Below are positions 15,801 through 24,672 of a stretch of 36,118 nucleotides of DNA, in pieces. Positions within the stretch are counted from its first letter, which is position 1. Each line of letters opens with the position of its first letter. The notes under the pieces were generated by a model. That model did no database searches and was not told where the DNA came from. It worked only from the letters and a program-made list of their open reading frames with translations. A program made the translations under genes and the position numbers. Source of the stretch: a virus; the IMG/VR virus record IMGVR_UViG_3300022707_000398; one strand, written 5' to 3'.

Positions 15801-16628
15801 ATGGATGATATCCAGCCAGAGCCGAATGAAGCGAATGTTCATAACATTCAAATTTCCGAACAGGCCACGGAAGCAGAAGCAACTGAAAGTACAGGGTCCG
15901 ACAATCCCGAACCGAAAGAAGCTTCACAGGAACCAAAGGTAACTTTTACCCCTGAACAGCAAGCCATTTTTGATAAGAACATTGGCAAGAAGGTCGCGAA
16001 AAATCACGAAATAACAAAAGAGCGTGATGATCTTCAAAGACAATTGAATGAAGCAAATGCCAAGCTGCCACAGGTTGAAGCCCCCGAAATTCCTGACATG
16101 CCAAACCCTGATGATTTCTATGGTGAGCCAGAAAAGTTAAGAGCCGCACAAGATACACGGGACAAGGCAATTAGTGAACGTGCCACGTTTGATGCCGGTG
16201 TACAGCAAAACGAAAGATTGCAAGCCAATCAGACTTTTAAGCAACAACAGGAAGATTTAAAAAAGCAAAATGAAGTTATTGTTGGTTATGTTGAAAATGC
16301 GGATAGTTTCAAAATAAGTCGAGACGATCTTTTTAAGTCTGGTGAAATAGTCAAAAATTCAGGCGTATCATTAGACATTCAAACCCATTTATTACAAGAC
16401 CCACAAGGCCCATTAGTCGTTGATTACCTAGCTAAAAATTTAGTAGAACTGGATAACTTAAGATCAATGACACCCATGCAAGCCGCCATTCACATTGCTA
16501 ACGAAATCAAACCCAAACTTGCTGGCATTAAAAAAACAACCAAGACCCCTCACCCGCTTGATATGGATGACGGCCAAGGTATGCCAGAAAAAATAGACAA
16601 GAGGTTAGACGGGGTCGTTTTCACATAA
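15801..16628 (+). CDS. Scaffolding protein
   Basis: 275 aa, acidic and coiled-coil-rich, between portal and coat as in P22-like modules. Confidence 0.65.
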   Translation: MDDIQPEPNEANVHNIQISEQATEAEATESTGSDNPEPKEASQEPKVTFTPEQQAIFDKNIGKKVAKNHEITKERDDLQRQLNEANAKLPQVEAPEIPDMPNPDDFYGEPEKLRAAQDTRDKAISERATFDAGVQQNERLQANQTFKQQQEDLKKQNEVIVGYVENADSFKISRDDLFKSGEIVKNSGVSLDIQTHLLQDPQGPLVVDYLAKNLVELDNLRSMTPMQAAIHIANEIKPKLAGIKKTTKTPHPLDMDDGQGMPEKIDKRLDGVVFT

Positions 16629-16637
16629 GGTGATAAA

Positions 16638-17903
16638 ATGGCCAATAGCTTTGACAGTAACTTCACCCGCAAGGTAATGATGAAGGTTCTAGCATCCTTC
16701 GAAAGCCAGCGGATGATTTCAAAAAATGTTGATACTCAACTCTTCGCCGGGGCATTTGACCCCAACTCAGGCGACAATGTAGATATCAAACGCCCTACCG
16801 ATTATCAAACCATTCGAACTTCTGACGGTAACATTACCGGCACTAAACGCGATATCATAACCGGTAAAGCAACCGCAACGGTTCAGGACTACATCACAAT
16901 TCCCATTGATTTTGACGAAGCTGATCAGGCCCTTAAGATGGGTACTGATGCTGATCGTTTTTGGGATGACGCTGCAATGCGAATGGTTGTCGATCTTGAA
17001 ACCGATTTCGCGGCATTTGCCGTTAAAAACACTGCATTGCTGTCTGGTACGGTTGGTGAAGGTGTTGATAGTTGGAAAGAAGTTGCCAATGCCGGAGCTC
17101 TTATGCAAAGCACGGGTGTTCCAAAAAACAAGAAATGGGTCTATATGCTTAACCCGTTCTCTCAAGTGGAGCTTTCAGTTGAACAGCGATCATTTGGCAG
17201 TGATAAAGGTTTCACAGATGTAAATGCAGATGCAACGGTAACTGAAAACTTTGCCGGCTTCTCTGTTAAAACAGCAACAACTCTTCCAACATATACTTCT
17301 GGTGCTGGTGCTGATCGTGTCGGAACTCTGCTTGCAAATCCTGTTGTTACTTATATAGCTGCAAAAGATACCATGACCCAAGCGCTTTCTCTCACTGGAT
17401 TTGACGCGGACTTGCCAATCAAGGCAGGTGAACAAATTCAAATTACCGGACGTAATCGCCTAAATCTTTCAACTCGCGATCTCGTGCTTGATGCAAGTGG
17501 CAATCCGATTGTTTGGACCGGAACTGTTACCGCTGATGTTACATTGGCTCTTGGTGCAGGAACAATTATTGTAACAGGACCAGCTATCTTTGAAAGCCCT
17601 GGCGCTTACAATACTGTTGATAGTGCGCCGGTCGCAACTGATATTGTTACCATCCTTGGTGCAGCATCTACGGTCAAACAGCCAAATCTGTTCTGGCATC
17701 CTGACGCCTTCAGTATTACTTCAGTTCCTCTTAAGAGGCTATTCGCGACAGATACCATTGCAACCACTAAAGACGGTTTGCAGTTCCGTGTCTCAAGGTA
17801 TTCTGATGGTGACGCCAACAAGCAAACAATCCGGTTTGATTTCCGCCCTGCTTATGGCGCACTCAACCCATTCTTCGCTGGTCAAGGTTTCGGTACTGCG
17901 TAA
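16638..17903 (+). CDS. Major capsid (coat) protein, P22 gp5-like
   Basis: 421 aa. The C-terminal part 'QPNLFWHPDAFSITSVP...RFDFRPAYGALNPFFAGQGFG' parallels the P22 coat 'NVFWADDAIRIVSQP...ALWYGVNATRPEAIGVG' as I recall it. Gene order and a strong SD fit. Confidence 0.8.
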   Translation: MANSFDSNFTRKVMMKVLASFESQRMISKNVDTQLFAGAFDPNSGDNVDIKRPTDYQTIRTSDGNITGTKRDIITGKATATVQDYITIPIDFDEADQALKMGTDADRFWDDAAMRMVVDLETDFAAFAVKNTALLSGTVGEGVDSWKEVANAGALMQSTGVPKNKKWVYMLNPFSQVELSVEQRSFGSDKGFTDVNADATVTENFAGFSVKTATTLPTYTSGAGADRVGTLLANPVVTYIAAKDTMTQALSLTGFDADLPIKAGEQIQITGRNRLNLSTRDLVLDASGNPIVWTGTVTADVTLALGAGTIIVTGPAIFESPGAYNTVDSAPVATDIVTILGAASTVKQPNLFWHPDAFSITSVPLKRLFATDTIATTKDGLQFRVSRYSDGDANKQTIRFDFRPAYGALNPFFAGQGFGTA

Positions 17904-17924
17904 GAATTGATTTAGCTATCTATT

Positions 17925-17944
17925 GAGGGGGCTTCGGCTCCCTC
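17925..17944 (+). terminator. Stable hairpin GAGGGGGC-TTCG-GCTCCCTC after the coat gene
   Basis: An 8-bp stem (one G-U pair) with a UUCG tetraloop 22 nt after the stop. The T-tract is poor, so it may be a partial terminator or an mRNA stabiliser. Confidence 0.5.
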
Positions 17945-17972
17945 ACTCCCTTAATATTTAAGAGGTTATATC

Positions 17973-18107
17973 ATGACAATTTGGATTAAGCCGAATGGCA
18001 AAGAAATCAATATAAACGATACTGAGGCAACCATTGAGTATGCCAAAAGTTTAGGTTGGGAAAAGAAAACCCAAGCAAAATCTTCAACTAAAAAAAAGGG
18101 TAAGTAA
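17973..18107 (+). CDS. Hypothetical 44-aa protein
   Basis: My own translation: MTIWIKPNGKEININDTEATIEYAKSLGWEKKTQAKSSTKKKGK; SD AAGAGG; TAATG junction with the next gene. Confidence 0.45.
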   Translation: MTIWIKPNGKEININDTEATIEYAKSLGWEKKTQAKSSTKKKGK

Positions 18108-18595
18108 TGGCAACCGCAGCCCAAGTATTAAAAGCAGCGTTGCAAAGAATACTTGTTCAGGCTTCGGAAGCAGATTTCGAGCCTGACGAGTTTTCAGACG
18201 CTATTTTCTCAATGAATAACTTCATGTTTGATCTTGATGCAAGCGGCGTTCATCTTGGTTACACACAAGTAACTAACCTATCAGATCTTATTACCATCCC
18301 AACGGGCGCCTTACGTGGCTTGATTGCCAATGTTGCAATTGATATCGCTCCGGATTATGACGGTGACGTTTCACCAGCTCTTGTCCAAGCCGCCAAACAA
18401 GGGATGCGGACTATGGAACAATTAGGCGTCGAAGTTACTACGTCTGAATTTCCTTCCACATTACCTAGAGGATCAGGCAACACAGGCCGCAATAGAGGCA
18501 GAACAGATAATTTTTATCCTAGTCTTGAAGCTGAAATATTGGCTGAGACAACGGGTGCAATTGGATTAGAAATAGGAACGGAGCCAGAAACATGA
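18107..18595 (+). CDS. Head-to-tail adaptor, P22 gp4-like
   Basis: 162 aa. 'VLKAALQRILV', 'AIDIAPDY' and 'PSTLPRGSGN' parallel P22 gp4 'LVRAALRKLGV', 'ACRIAPDY' and 'PSRMPTGSGN' (recollection, needs an alignment). Confidence 0.65.
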   Translation: MATAAQVLKAALQRILVQASEADFEPDEFSDAIFSMNNFMFDLDASGVHLGYTQVTNLSDLITIPTGALRGLIANVAIDIAPDYDGDVSPALVQAAKQGMRTMEQLGVEVTTSEFPSTLPRGSGNTGRNRGRTDNFYPSLEAEILAETTGAIGLEIGTEPET

Positions 18596-20184
18596 GCCAT
18601 ACAGGCGGTGACGCAAACAACGATCAGAGAACACGAAGCCAAGGAATAAGAAAATCCAACTTCCCTGGACAATCAACAATTCCTTCCGATGGTTTCTTTG
18701 ATTTCACTTCGGCTGGCCATAATATTAAAATATCCATTGCCGACCTTTTAACGGCTCTTGGTGCTACTGGCTCACTCGCACAAAGCAGCACCAACGGTTC
18801 CGCTGTTCTCGACGATCAGGGCGCCGTTAAAGTCATTAGAAATATTGTCGCCGGCTTTGGTATTGCAACAAAAATAGATGCTCAGAATGATCTTGAAATT
18901 GCAACAGATTTTACATTTGATGAAACAGGTGTAACTCTGGTTGATGATCCCGATGACCCAGCAGCGTTATTCAGGTCATTGGTTGCGGGCTCTGGAATTA
19001 ATATTGGTGGAACACCTGGTCAAATTCAAATTGCCGTTACCGGTGTGCCAGCATCAACCAAAACTGTTATTGTTGCCGTGAAGGCAGACTTGCCGACCCC
19101 CGCCGTGGGCATCATTACCCTCGCTGCGGATACAAATTATTTATTCACTGCTGATGTTGATGTTGGAACAGATCGTCTTGTATTAAATGGAAACCTTATT
19201 TCTGCGGCCGATAGTAGCCTTATTCAATTAACATATACCGGCACTGGTGTCATGCTCACAGACATCGGCAACAGCAGCAAATTTACCAAAATAAAATTAT
19301 CATGCCCGAACGGAACATTGACCGATATTCAAGGCGGTGGAGTAGGTGTTTTCCAAATGTTGGATATGACAGTTAAGGATTGCCTATCAATAGGTACTTG
19401 GGATGCTTTAAGAGGCTCACAAATGAACAATGTGTCCTTTGATAGTCTACCCACTACTGGCCTTCTTTTCACTGGATCACAGGGAATTTTCCTTAATACG
19501 GGAAGTCTTGTTAACCTTCTGGCTGGAACTTTCCTTGATCTTGGAACCGCGACTTTTGATGGGTTTTCGTTTACGAGTTCATTCCCTACTGTGGCCGCTG
19601 GTGCTACAATGGTTTCTGGTCTGGCTAATAATGGAAATATTAATACAGGTGGTTTTGCCACTATCCATGAAGTTATTCAAGGCGGTTCTGGTGCTGCTCT
19701 TTCAGGAATTACTAGCGATGATACACAATGGCAATTTGATTTAAACAACACAATTTCAGATACAAGACCTGATGCCTTGGCTAGTTTCAACACTCCGACT
19801 AACACCGTTATTACTACAGTAAATACCCCTGTTCTTGTTGCTGGTGTTTGGACTACAGAGCCAGCAGTAAGTCAGTTTACCGTTACGGCTGGTGGACGCC
19901 TCACTTACAATGGCATTAAACCTGCAACATTCCCTATTAGTATTTCTGCAAATATTGAGTCCGTATCCGGATCAAATAAAGCTATTACCATTCATCTATT
20001 CAAAAATGGTTCAATCGTGACAAATGCCAATATGCCGAATAAGGTTTCTTCCAATGACCCAAAAAGCACTTCAATCATGTGGCAACTAAAATTTAACCCA
20101 ACTGACTTCATTGAATTATTCATTGAAAATAACACGGATAATATAGATTTAAAGGTCAACAAATCCTCCATTAGGATTAATTAG
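18592..20184 (+). CDS. Virion protein, fibre/spike-like (530 aa), inserted between the gp4-like and gp10-like genes
   Basis: ORF track; Thr/Gly/Asn-rich and beta-rich in character; overlaps its neighbours. I recognised no specific family. Confidence 0.6.
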   Translation: MSHTGGDANNDQRTRSQGIRKSNFPGQSTIPSDGFFDFTSAGHNIKISIADLLTALGATGSLAQSSTNGSAVLDDQGAVKVIRNIVAGFGIATKIDAQNDLEIATDFTFDETGVTLVDDPDDPAALFRSLVAGSGINIGGTPGQIQIAVTGVPASTKTVIVAVKADLPTPAVGIITLAADTNYLFTADVDVGTDRLVLNGNLISAADSSLIQLTYTGTGVMLTDIGNSSKFTKIKLSCPNGTLTDIQGGGVGVFQMLDMTVKDCLSIGTWDALRGSQMNNVSFDSLPTTGLLFTGSQGIFLNTGSLVNLLAGTFLDLGTATFDGFSFTSSFPTVAAGATMVSGLANNGNINTGGFATIHEVIQGGSGAALSGITSDDTQWQFDLNNTISDTRPDALASFNTPTNTVITTVNTPVLVAGVWTTEPAVSQFTVTAGGRLTYNGIKPATFPISISANIESVSGSNKAITIHLFKNGSIVTNANMPNKVSSNDPKSTSIMWQLKFNPTDFIELFIENNTDNIDLKVNKSSIRIN

Positions 20185-20187
20185 AAA

Positions 20188-21654
20188 ATGCCTAAAACCC
20201 AACTCCCAATGACAGGCGGTTTCTATGCAAGTAGAAGTCTTCCTTTGTCTAATCAAGCATGTAGCAATCTGTTTGTTCATATCAATGAGGGTGGCGGCTT
20301 GGCTAATGAAGTTTTATTTGGAACGCCTGGAACGGAGTTACTTGCAACGAGCGGAACAACAGCCGTTTCAACTAACAGGGGCTCTCATGTGATGGACGGT
20401 ATTTCTTATTTCGTCAATGGAACGTCATTGTTTAGGCTCAATCAAATCATTAGCGGCACCGGTGAAGAAAGTTTCACTATGGACAATCTTGGAACGGTGG
20501 AAGGGGAAACTCGCGTTAGTATGGCCGATAATGGAACACAACTTTGCATTCTTACGCCAGGTGGTAAGGGTTATATATGGGTAGAAGATACAACCACATT
20601 TACAGAGATTACAGATGCAAATTTCAGGGCAAATGGCGATCCTCGACATGTCAAATATGTTGACAGCTTTTTTATGTTTACCACCGATGAGAAGAAATTT
20701 ATCATTTCGGCATTAAACAATGGGCTTGCATATAACGCGCTTGATTTTGCAACCGCTGAAGCCGACCCTGATAAAATAGTTTCATTGATTATTCTTAATA
20801 ACATTCCTTACATTGCAGGATCAGAAACACTTGAACCTTTCAGAAACGCGGCGGCTCAAACTGGCGCTGGTTTCCCATTCGTTAGAATTGAAGGCGGCGT
20901 TGTGAGTGTTGGGGTTTTCGCTGAATTTTCATTAATTAAAACGGTTGGGCTGTTTGCCTTCATTGGCGGCGGCAAGAATGATGATCCAAAGATTTATACA
21001 TACAATGGATCAAGCGTAACTCCCATTTCAACAGATGCGATCGATGATCTATTGGAAAAATTAACAGTGACCCAATTGGAAGCCGTGTTTGCTTGGGAAT
21101 ATTCACAAGGCGGCGATCATTTCTTAGGCTTCACCCTTCCAACAACAACAATCGTTTATGAATTCAAATCTAAAAAATGGCACGAGCGCAGAAGCTTTGA
21201 CATCATTGATGATGTTGCTGAAGAGTTTCGTTGGAGAGCTAACAGTATGGTCAAAGCCTATGGACGTATTCTTATTGGTGACAATCAAGATGGCCGCGTT
21301 GGTTCAATCGCTTTAGATGTATTTGCTGAATATGGTCAAAATATTATTAGCACCTTTTCAACAATGCCATTTTCAAACCTTGGCGATAATTTGAAATTCC
21401 CATTCATTGAACTGACTATTGAAAGCGGCGTTGGTAATACGGATGACCCGGACCCAATGATCAGCATGGATCGAAGCCTTGACGGTAAGACATTTACGCC
21501 GCGCCGTGAGCGCAGTATGGGTAAGGTTGGCGAGTTTAATAAGCGTGTAATATTTCGCAGAAATGGCAACGCTAGAAGGCTTGAAGTGTTCCGCTTTACA
21601 GTAAGCGCGAAGGTCAAAAAGGTATTTATAAAACTTGAGGCGAAGATCAAATGA
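20188..21654 (+). CDS. Tail hub / packaged-DNA stabilisation protein, P22 gp10-like
   Basis: 488 aa. N-terminus 'MPKTQLPMTGG' versus P22 gp10 'MPIQQLPMMKG'; 'VSMADNG' versus 'VSMAHG'. The C-terminus 'FRRNGNARRLEVFRFTV...IKLEAKIK' parallels 'WKRVGRIRRLIGFKLRV...IRLE' (recollection). Confidence 0.65.
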   Translation: MPKTQLPMTGGFYASRSLPLSNQACSNLFVHINEGGGLANEVLFGTPGTELLATSGTTAVSTNRGSHVMDGISYFVNGTSLFRLNQIISGTGEESFTMDNLGTVEGETRVSMADNGTQLCILTPGGKGYIWVEDTTTFTEITDANFRANGDPRHVKYVDSFFMFTTDEKKFIISALNNGLAYNALDFATAEADPDKIVSLIILNNIPYIAGSETLEPFRNAAAQTGAGFPFVRIEGGVVSVGVFAEFSLIKTVGLFAFIGGGKNDDPKIYTYNGSSVTPISTDAIDDLLEKLTVTQLEAVFAWEYSQGGDHFLGFTLPTTTIVYEFKSKKWHERRSFDIIDDVAEEFRWRANSMVKAYGRILIGDNQDGRVGSIALDVFAEYGQNIISTFSTMPFSNLGDNLKFPFIELTIESGVGNTDDPDPMISMDRSLDGKTFTPRRERSMGKVGEFNKRVIFRRNGNARRLEVFRFTVSAKVKKVFIKLEAKIK

Positions 21655-21896
21655 TTTCAAATCAAGAAAGAATAATAGTTGATGAAAACGGAATGACCAC
21701 TCCATCTATGATGATTTGGATGGAGCAAGTAACCAACTTACAAATAGCAACTGGAACTGGTTCGCCCGAAGGTGTTTTGAAGGCGCTAACACAGAAACTT
21801 TACATGGATACGGCGGGCATTGCGGGTGCTATTTTATACATAAAACGTGATGCTGACATAACGGGCGATACGTCTAAAGGTTGGATATTGGTGTAA
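21651..21896 (+). CDS. Small virion-associated protein (81 aa)
   Basis: ORF track; ATGA overlap. The 'GSPEGVLKA...LYMDTAG....LYIKR......GW' motif is one I associate with phage tail or fibre proteins. Confidence 0.55.
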   Translation: MISNQERIIVDENGMTTPSMMIWMEQVTNLQIATGTGSPEGVLKALTQKLYMDTAGIAGAILYIKRDADITGDTSKGWILV

Positions 21897-22006
21897 AAAT
21901 ATTGAAATAATCAGTTAATTGATGTAATTTACTTCTAAGCATTATAGCTGGTTGCGGTTTTAAACGAAAAGACAATACGCAAGTCTTTTAATTAGCAGAG
22001 GTTATA

Positions 22007-23443
22007 ATGGCAATTTTCGACAATCTTTTCGGCGGCGGCATAACGGGAGCCTCAGAGGCGGGGCTTGCGGCACAAATCGCCGCTAATGCAGAAACAGCTA
22101 GGTTCATTGAGCAGCAAGCGGGCATTGCTCGTGGTGATATTAGCGGAGCTTTACAGCCTCAAATTGAAGCTTTTCAAGGGGGTGCCCTTCAAGCACAAGG
22201 CCAATTAGATCCATTCTCAGCGCAAGGTCTGAGTGCGTTTAACTTACAAGGCGCTCTTTCTGGTGCCAGCGGTGCTGCGGCACAGCAAGCGGCATTTGAT
22301 CAATTCACAGCAAGCCCCGGACAGCAATTTCTTCGTGAACAAGGGGAACAAGCTTTATTGCGTAGCTCTTCGGCCATTGGCGGTCTTGGTGGGGGCAATG
22401 TTCGCTCTGCCTTGCAGCAACAGGGTATTGGCTTTGCGGCGCAAGATTTCGGCGACCAATTCAATCGCCTTGGTACATTGTCACAAATTGGCTCGCAAGC
22501 AGCGGGTCAACAAGCTGATATATCACTAAGAGCCGGCGCGGGTCTTGCAGACATTAGAGGGCAAGGCGCAAGTGCGCTTGCTAATATAGCCACTGGTGCA
22601 GCTTCGCAAAGGGCTGGCCTTCCAGGCTTACCAAATTTACAGCGGGACCCTGGCGTTCTTAGTGATGTTGGTAGTTTGGCAAGTGGTATCGGTACAGGTT
22701 TGGGCGCACTTGCTTCCGGCGCGTCTTTATTAGGATTAGGATTGGGAGGTGCCGGAGTTGCTGCGGCTGGCGGTGCAGGGGCAGGATTAGGAGCAGGAGG
22801 CGCTGCGGTTGGTGGAGCAGCATTAGGCGGCGCGGGTGCTGGTGCAACGACTGCATTAGGCGGCGGTGCATTGGCAACCACAGCACCGGGCGCACTAATT
22901 CCGGGAGCCGTATCTACAGCTCCATTAGGTGGCGCAACGACTGCGGGTGTTGGTGCAGGTGGTACTGCTACGGGGTTATCTGGGTTTGCGTCTGGTGGTT
23001 CATTCGCGGGACTAGGGGCTATAGGTGCGTTAGCTGTACCTCTTGCTTTAGGTGCGTTTGGTTTCCCAAGCGGCGCTGAAACTGTTAGAACGCTTGAGGC
23101 GGCTAGGCAAGAGAGTATTCTTGAACCTATTCTTCCTCTAATACAAGCGCAAATTCCTGCGGGAGTAACTCAAGAGGAATTTAATGCAAGTAGACAGCCT
23201 CCTCAAAGTCCTTTGCAAGCTGAATTAAAATCATTGCAATCAAGTAGCGTGGGAGATAAAGATTTTGAGGCAGAACAAATAAGTAATTTCTTCCAAAATA
23301 CCGAAGTAGGCCGCGCACAGATGCAATCTTTCTTCTTGGCTAATTCGCAGTGGTTTAATCCAGATGGTAGCCGTACTGATTTTGCAGGGCCACTTGCGCC
23401 ACCGTTATCAGTTCAAAGAGCAACAGCAGAGGAGTTATTTTAA
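22007..23443 (+). CDS. Internal virion / ejection-type protein with ~150-aa Gly/Ala low-complexity core
   Basis: 478 aa. Its position after the hub gene matches the P22 gp7/gp20/gp16 slot. The core is 'LGLGLGGAGVAAAGGAGAGLGAGGAAVGGAALGGAGAGATT...'. Confidence 0.6.
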   Translation: MAIFDNLFGGGITGASEAGLAAQIAANAETARFIEQQAGIARGDISGALQPQIEAFQGGALQAQGQLDPFSAQGLSAFNLQGALSGASGAAAQQAAFDQFTASPGQQFLREQGEQALLRSSSAIGGLGGGNVRSALQQQGIGFAAQDFGDQFNRLGTLSQIGSQAAGQQADISLRAGAGLADIRGQGASALANIATGAASQRAGLPGLPNLQRDPGVLSDVGSLASGIGTGLGALASGASLLGLGLGGAGVAAAGGAGAGLGAGGAAVGGAALGGAGAGATTALGGGALATTAPGALIPGAVSTAPLGGATTAGVGAGGTATGLSGFASGGSFAGLGAIGALAVPLALGAFGFPSGAETVRTLEAARQESILEPILPLIQAQIPAGVTQEEFNASRQPPQSPLQAELKSLQSSSVGDKDFEAEQISNFFQNTEVGRAQMQSFFLANSQWFNPDGSRTDFAGPLAPPLSVQRATAEELF

Positions 23444-24672
23444 TGGCCCATTTTGAATTACCCGGACAACAACAAAGTATTCTTTCTAGAATTGGCTTAG
23501 GTCTACAAGGTTTTGGTGCTGGTGTTGGTGGACAAGGACCGCAATTTCTTGCCATTCAACAGGAACAACAACAAACCCTATCTGATGAGCGTAAACGGGC
23601 GGCTGCTGAAGATTTGCGCCGTGTAAAAAGTCTTCTTGGTGCGGGTAATCTTCAAGGTGTTCGTTCTTTGGTTTCGGAACGCGCAGCAAATATACTTCAG
23701 CGCGGAGGTGATCCAAGGGAAACCAACCAATTGCTAGAATTAGTAAACTCTTCATTGGCTGGTGATGAAAACGCTTTTAATACGCTTAATGCTGAAATTG
23801 ACGCTGGATTGCAAAGTGCTGCTGATGCTGGCTTTGTTGAATTAGGAACCCCTGTACAAGACAAGTTTATCGACATCCAAGGCGGAAAAGCACTATTTCA
23901 AACACTAAGCGGACAAGTAGAAGCTCGGGACATTAAGGGATTATCTTTTTCTGATCTGCAATCAACTAAAACTGTTCAATCTTCTAAAATTCTTCCGGGG
24001 GGTGTTACCCAGATTACCTTTAAAGATGGTACAACAGAAGTTCGTAAAGTTTCCGGGGAAGAACTAACAATTGTTAAAGATGCCGAGGATAGAGGGGTTA
24101 CTTTAGCTCAAGCGTCTAGTGCTGCTAGGGTAACTGGCAAGGGTGAGGCCAAGCGTACTCAAGATACTATTAATGTTGGTATTGAAGCGGTCCAGGGTAT
24201 TCCTATTCTTCGTAGAGGTCTTCAATTGCTTGAGAGGATAGAAACTGGCGGAATTGATGCTGTAAGGTTGAGGGCTAAACGATTATTCGGCATTGAAGGC
24301 GCAGATGAGGGTGAGCTTTCTGCAAATTTAGGCATAGCGGTTTTATCACAACTTAGAAAAACTTTCGGCGCGGCCTTTACAGAAAGTGAAGGTGATAAAT
24401 TAGAACGCCTGTCTGCGAGTTTTGGTAAATCGCCCGCAAGCAACAAAAGACTTCTCCGTCAAGCTTTAGTGATTATTCAAGGTGCTGCTAATAGAGGCTT
24501 AAAAGCTGCGGGACGTATTGGAGACGAGATTGCTATAGAACAAATTCTTGATTTTCAAGAGGGTCGTTTTGATTTAACAGATGAGGCGCTTTCCAGCGTT
24601 TTCAATCCTATAGAAACACAGGGACCAACTATCATTCAATTTGACGCGCGAGGAAATCGGATCAATGGCTGA
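23443..24672 (+). CDS. Internal virion / ejection-type protein (409 aa)
   Basis: ORF track; TAATG junction with the previous gene. The function is by position only. Confidence 0.55.
   Translation: MAHFELPGQQQSILSRIGLGLQGFGAGVGGQGPQFLAIQQEQQQTLSDERKRAAAEDLRRVKSLLGAGNLQGVRSLVSERAANILQRGGDPRETNQLLELVNSSLAGDENAFNTLNAEIDAGLQSAADAGFVELGTPVQDKFIDIQGGKALFQTLSGQVEARDIKGLSFSDLQSTKTVQSSKILPGGVTQITFKDGTTEVRKVSGEELTIVKDAEDRGVTLAQASSAARVTGKGEAKRTQDTINVGIEAVQGIPILRRGLQLLERIETGGIDAVRLRAKRLFGIEGADEGELSANLGIAVLSQLRKTFGAAFTESEGDKLERLSASFGKSPASNKRLLRQALVIIQGAANRGLKAAGRIGDEIAIEQILDFQEGRFDLTDEALSSVFNPIETQGPTIIQFDARGNRING

Noticed and set aside
22507-22881. 124-aa Pro/Ala-rich ORF on the minus strand (and 22659..22895)
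   Set aside because: It is the antisense mirror of the Gly/Ala-rich (GGN/GCN) segment of CDS 22007..23443. It has no SD or operon context and is a shadow ORF.
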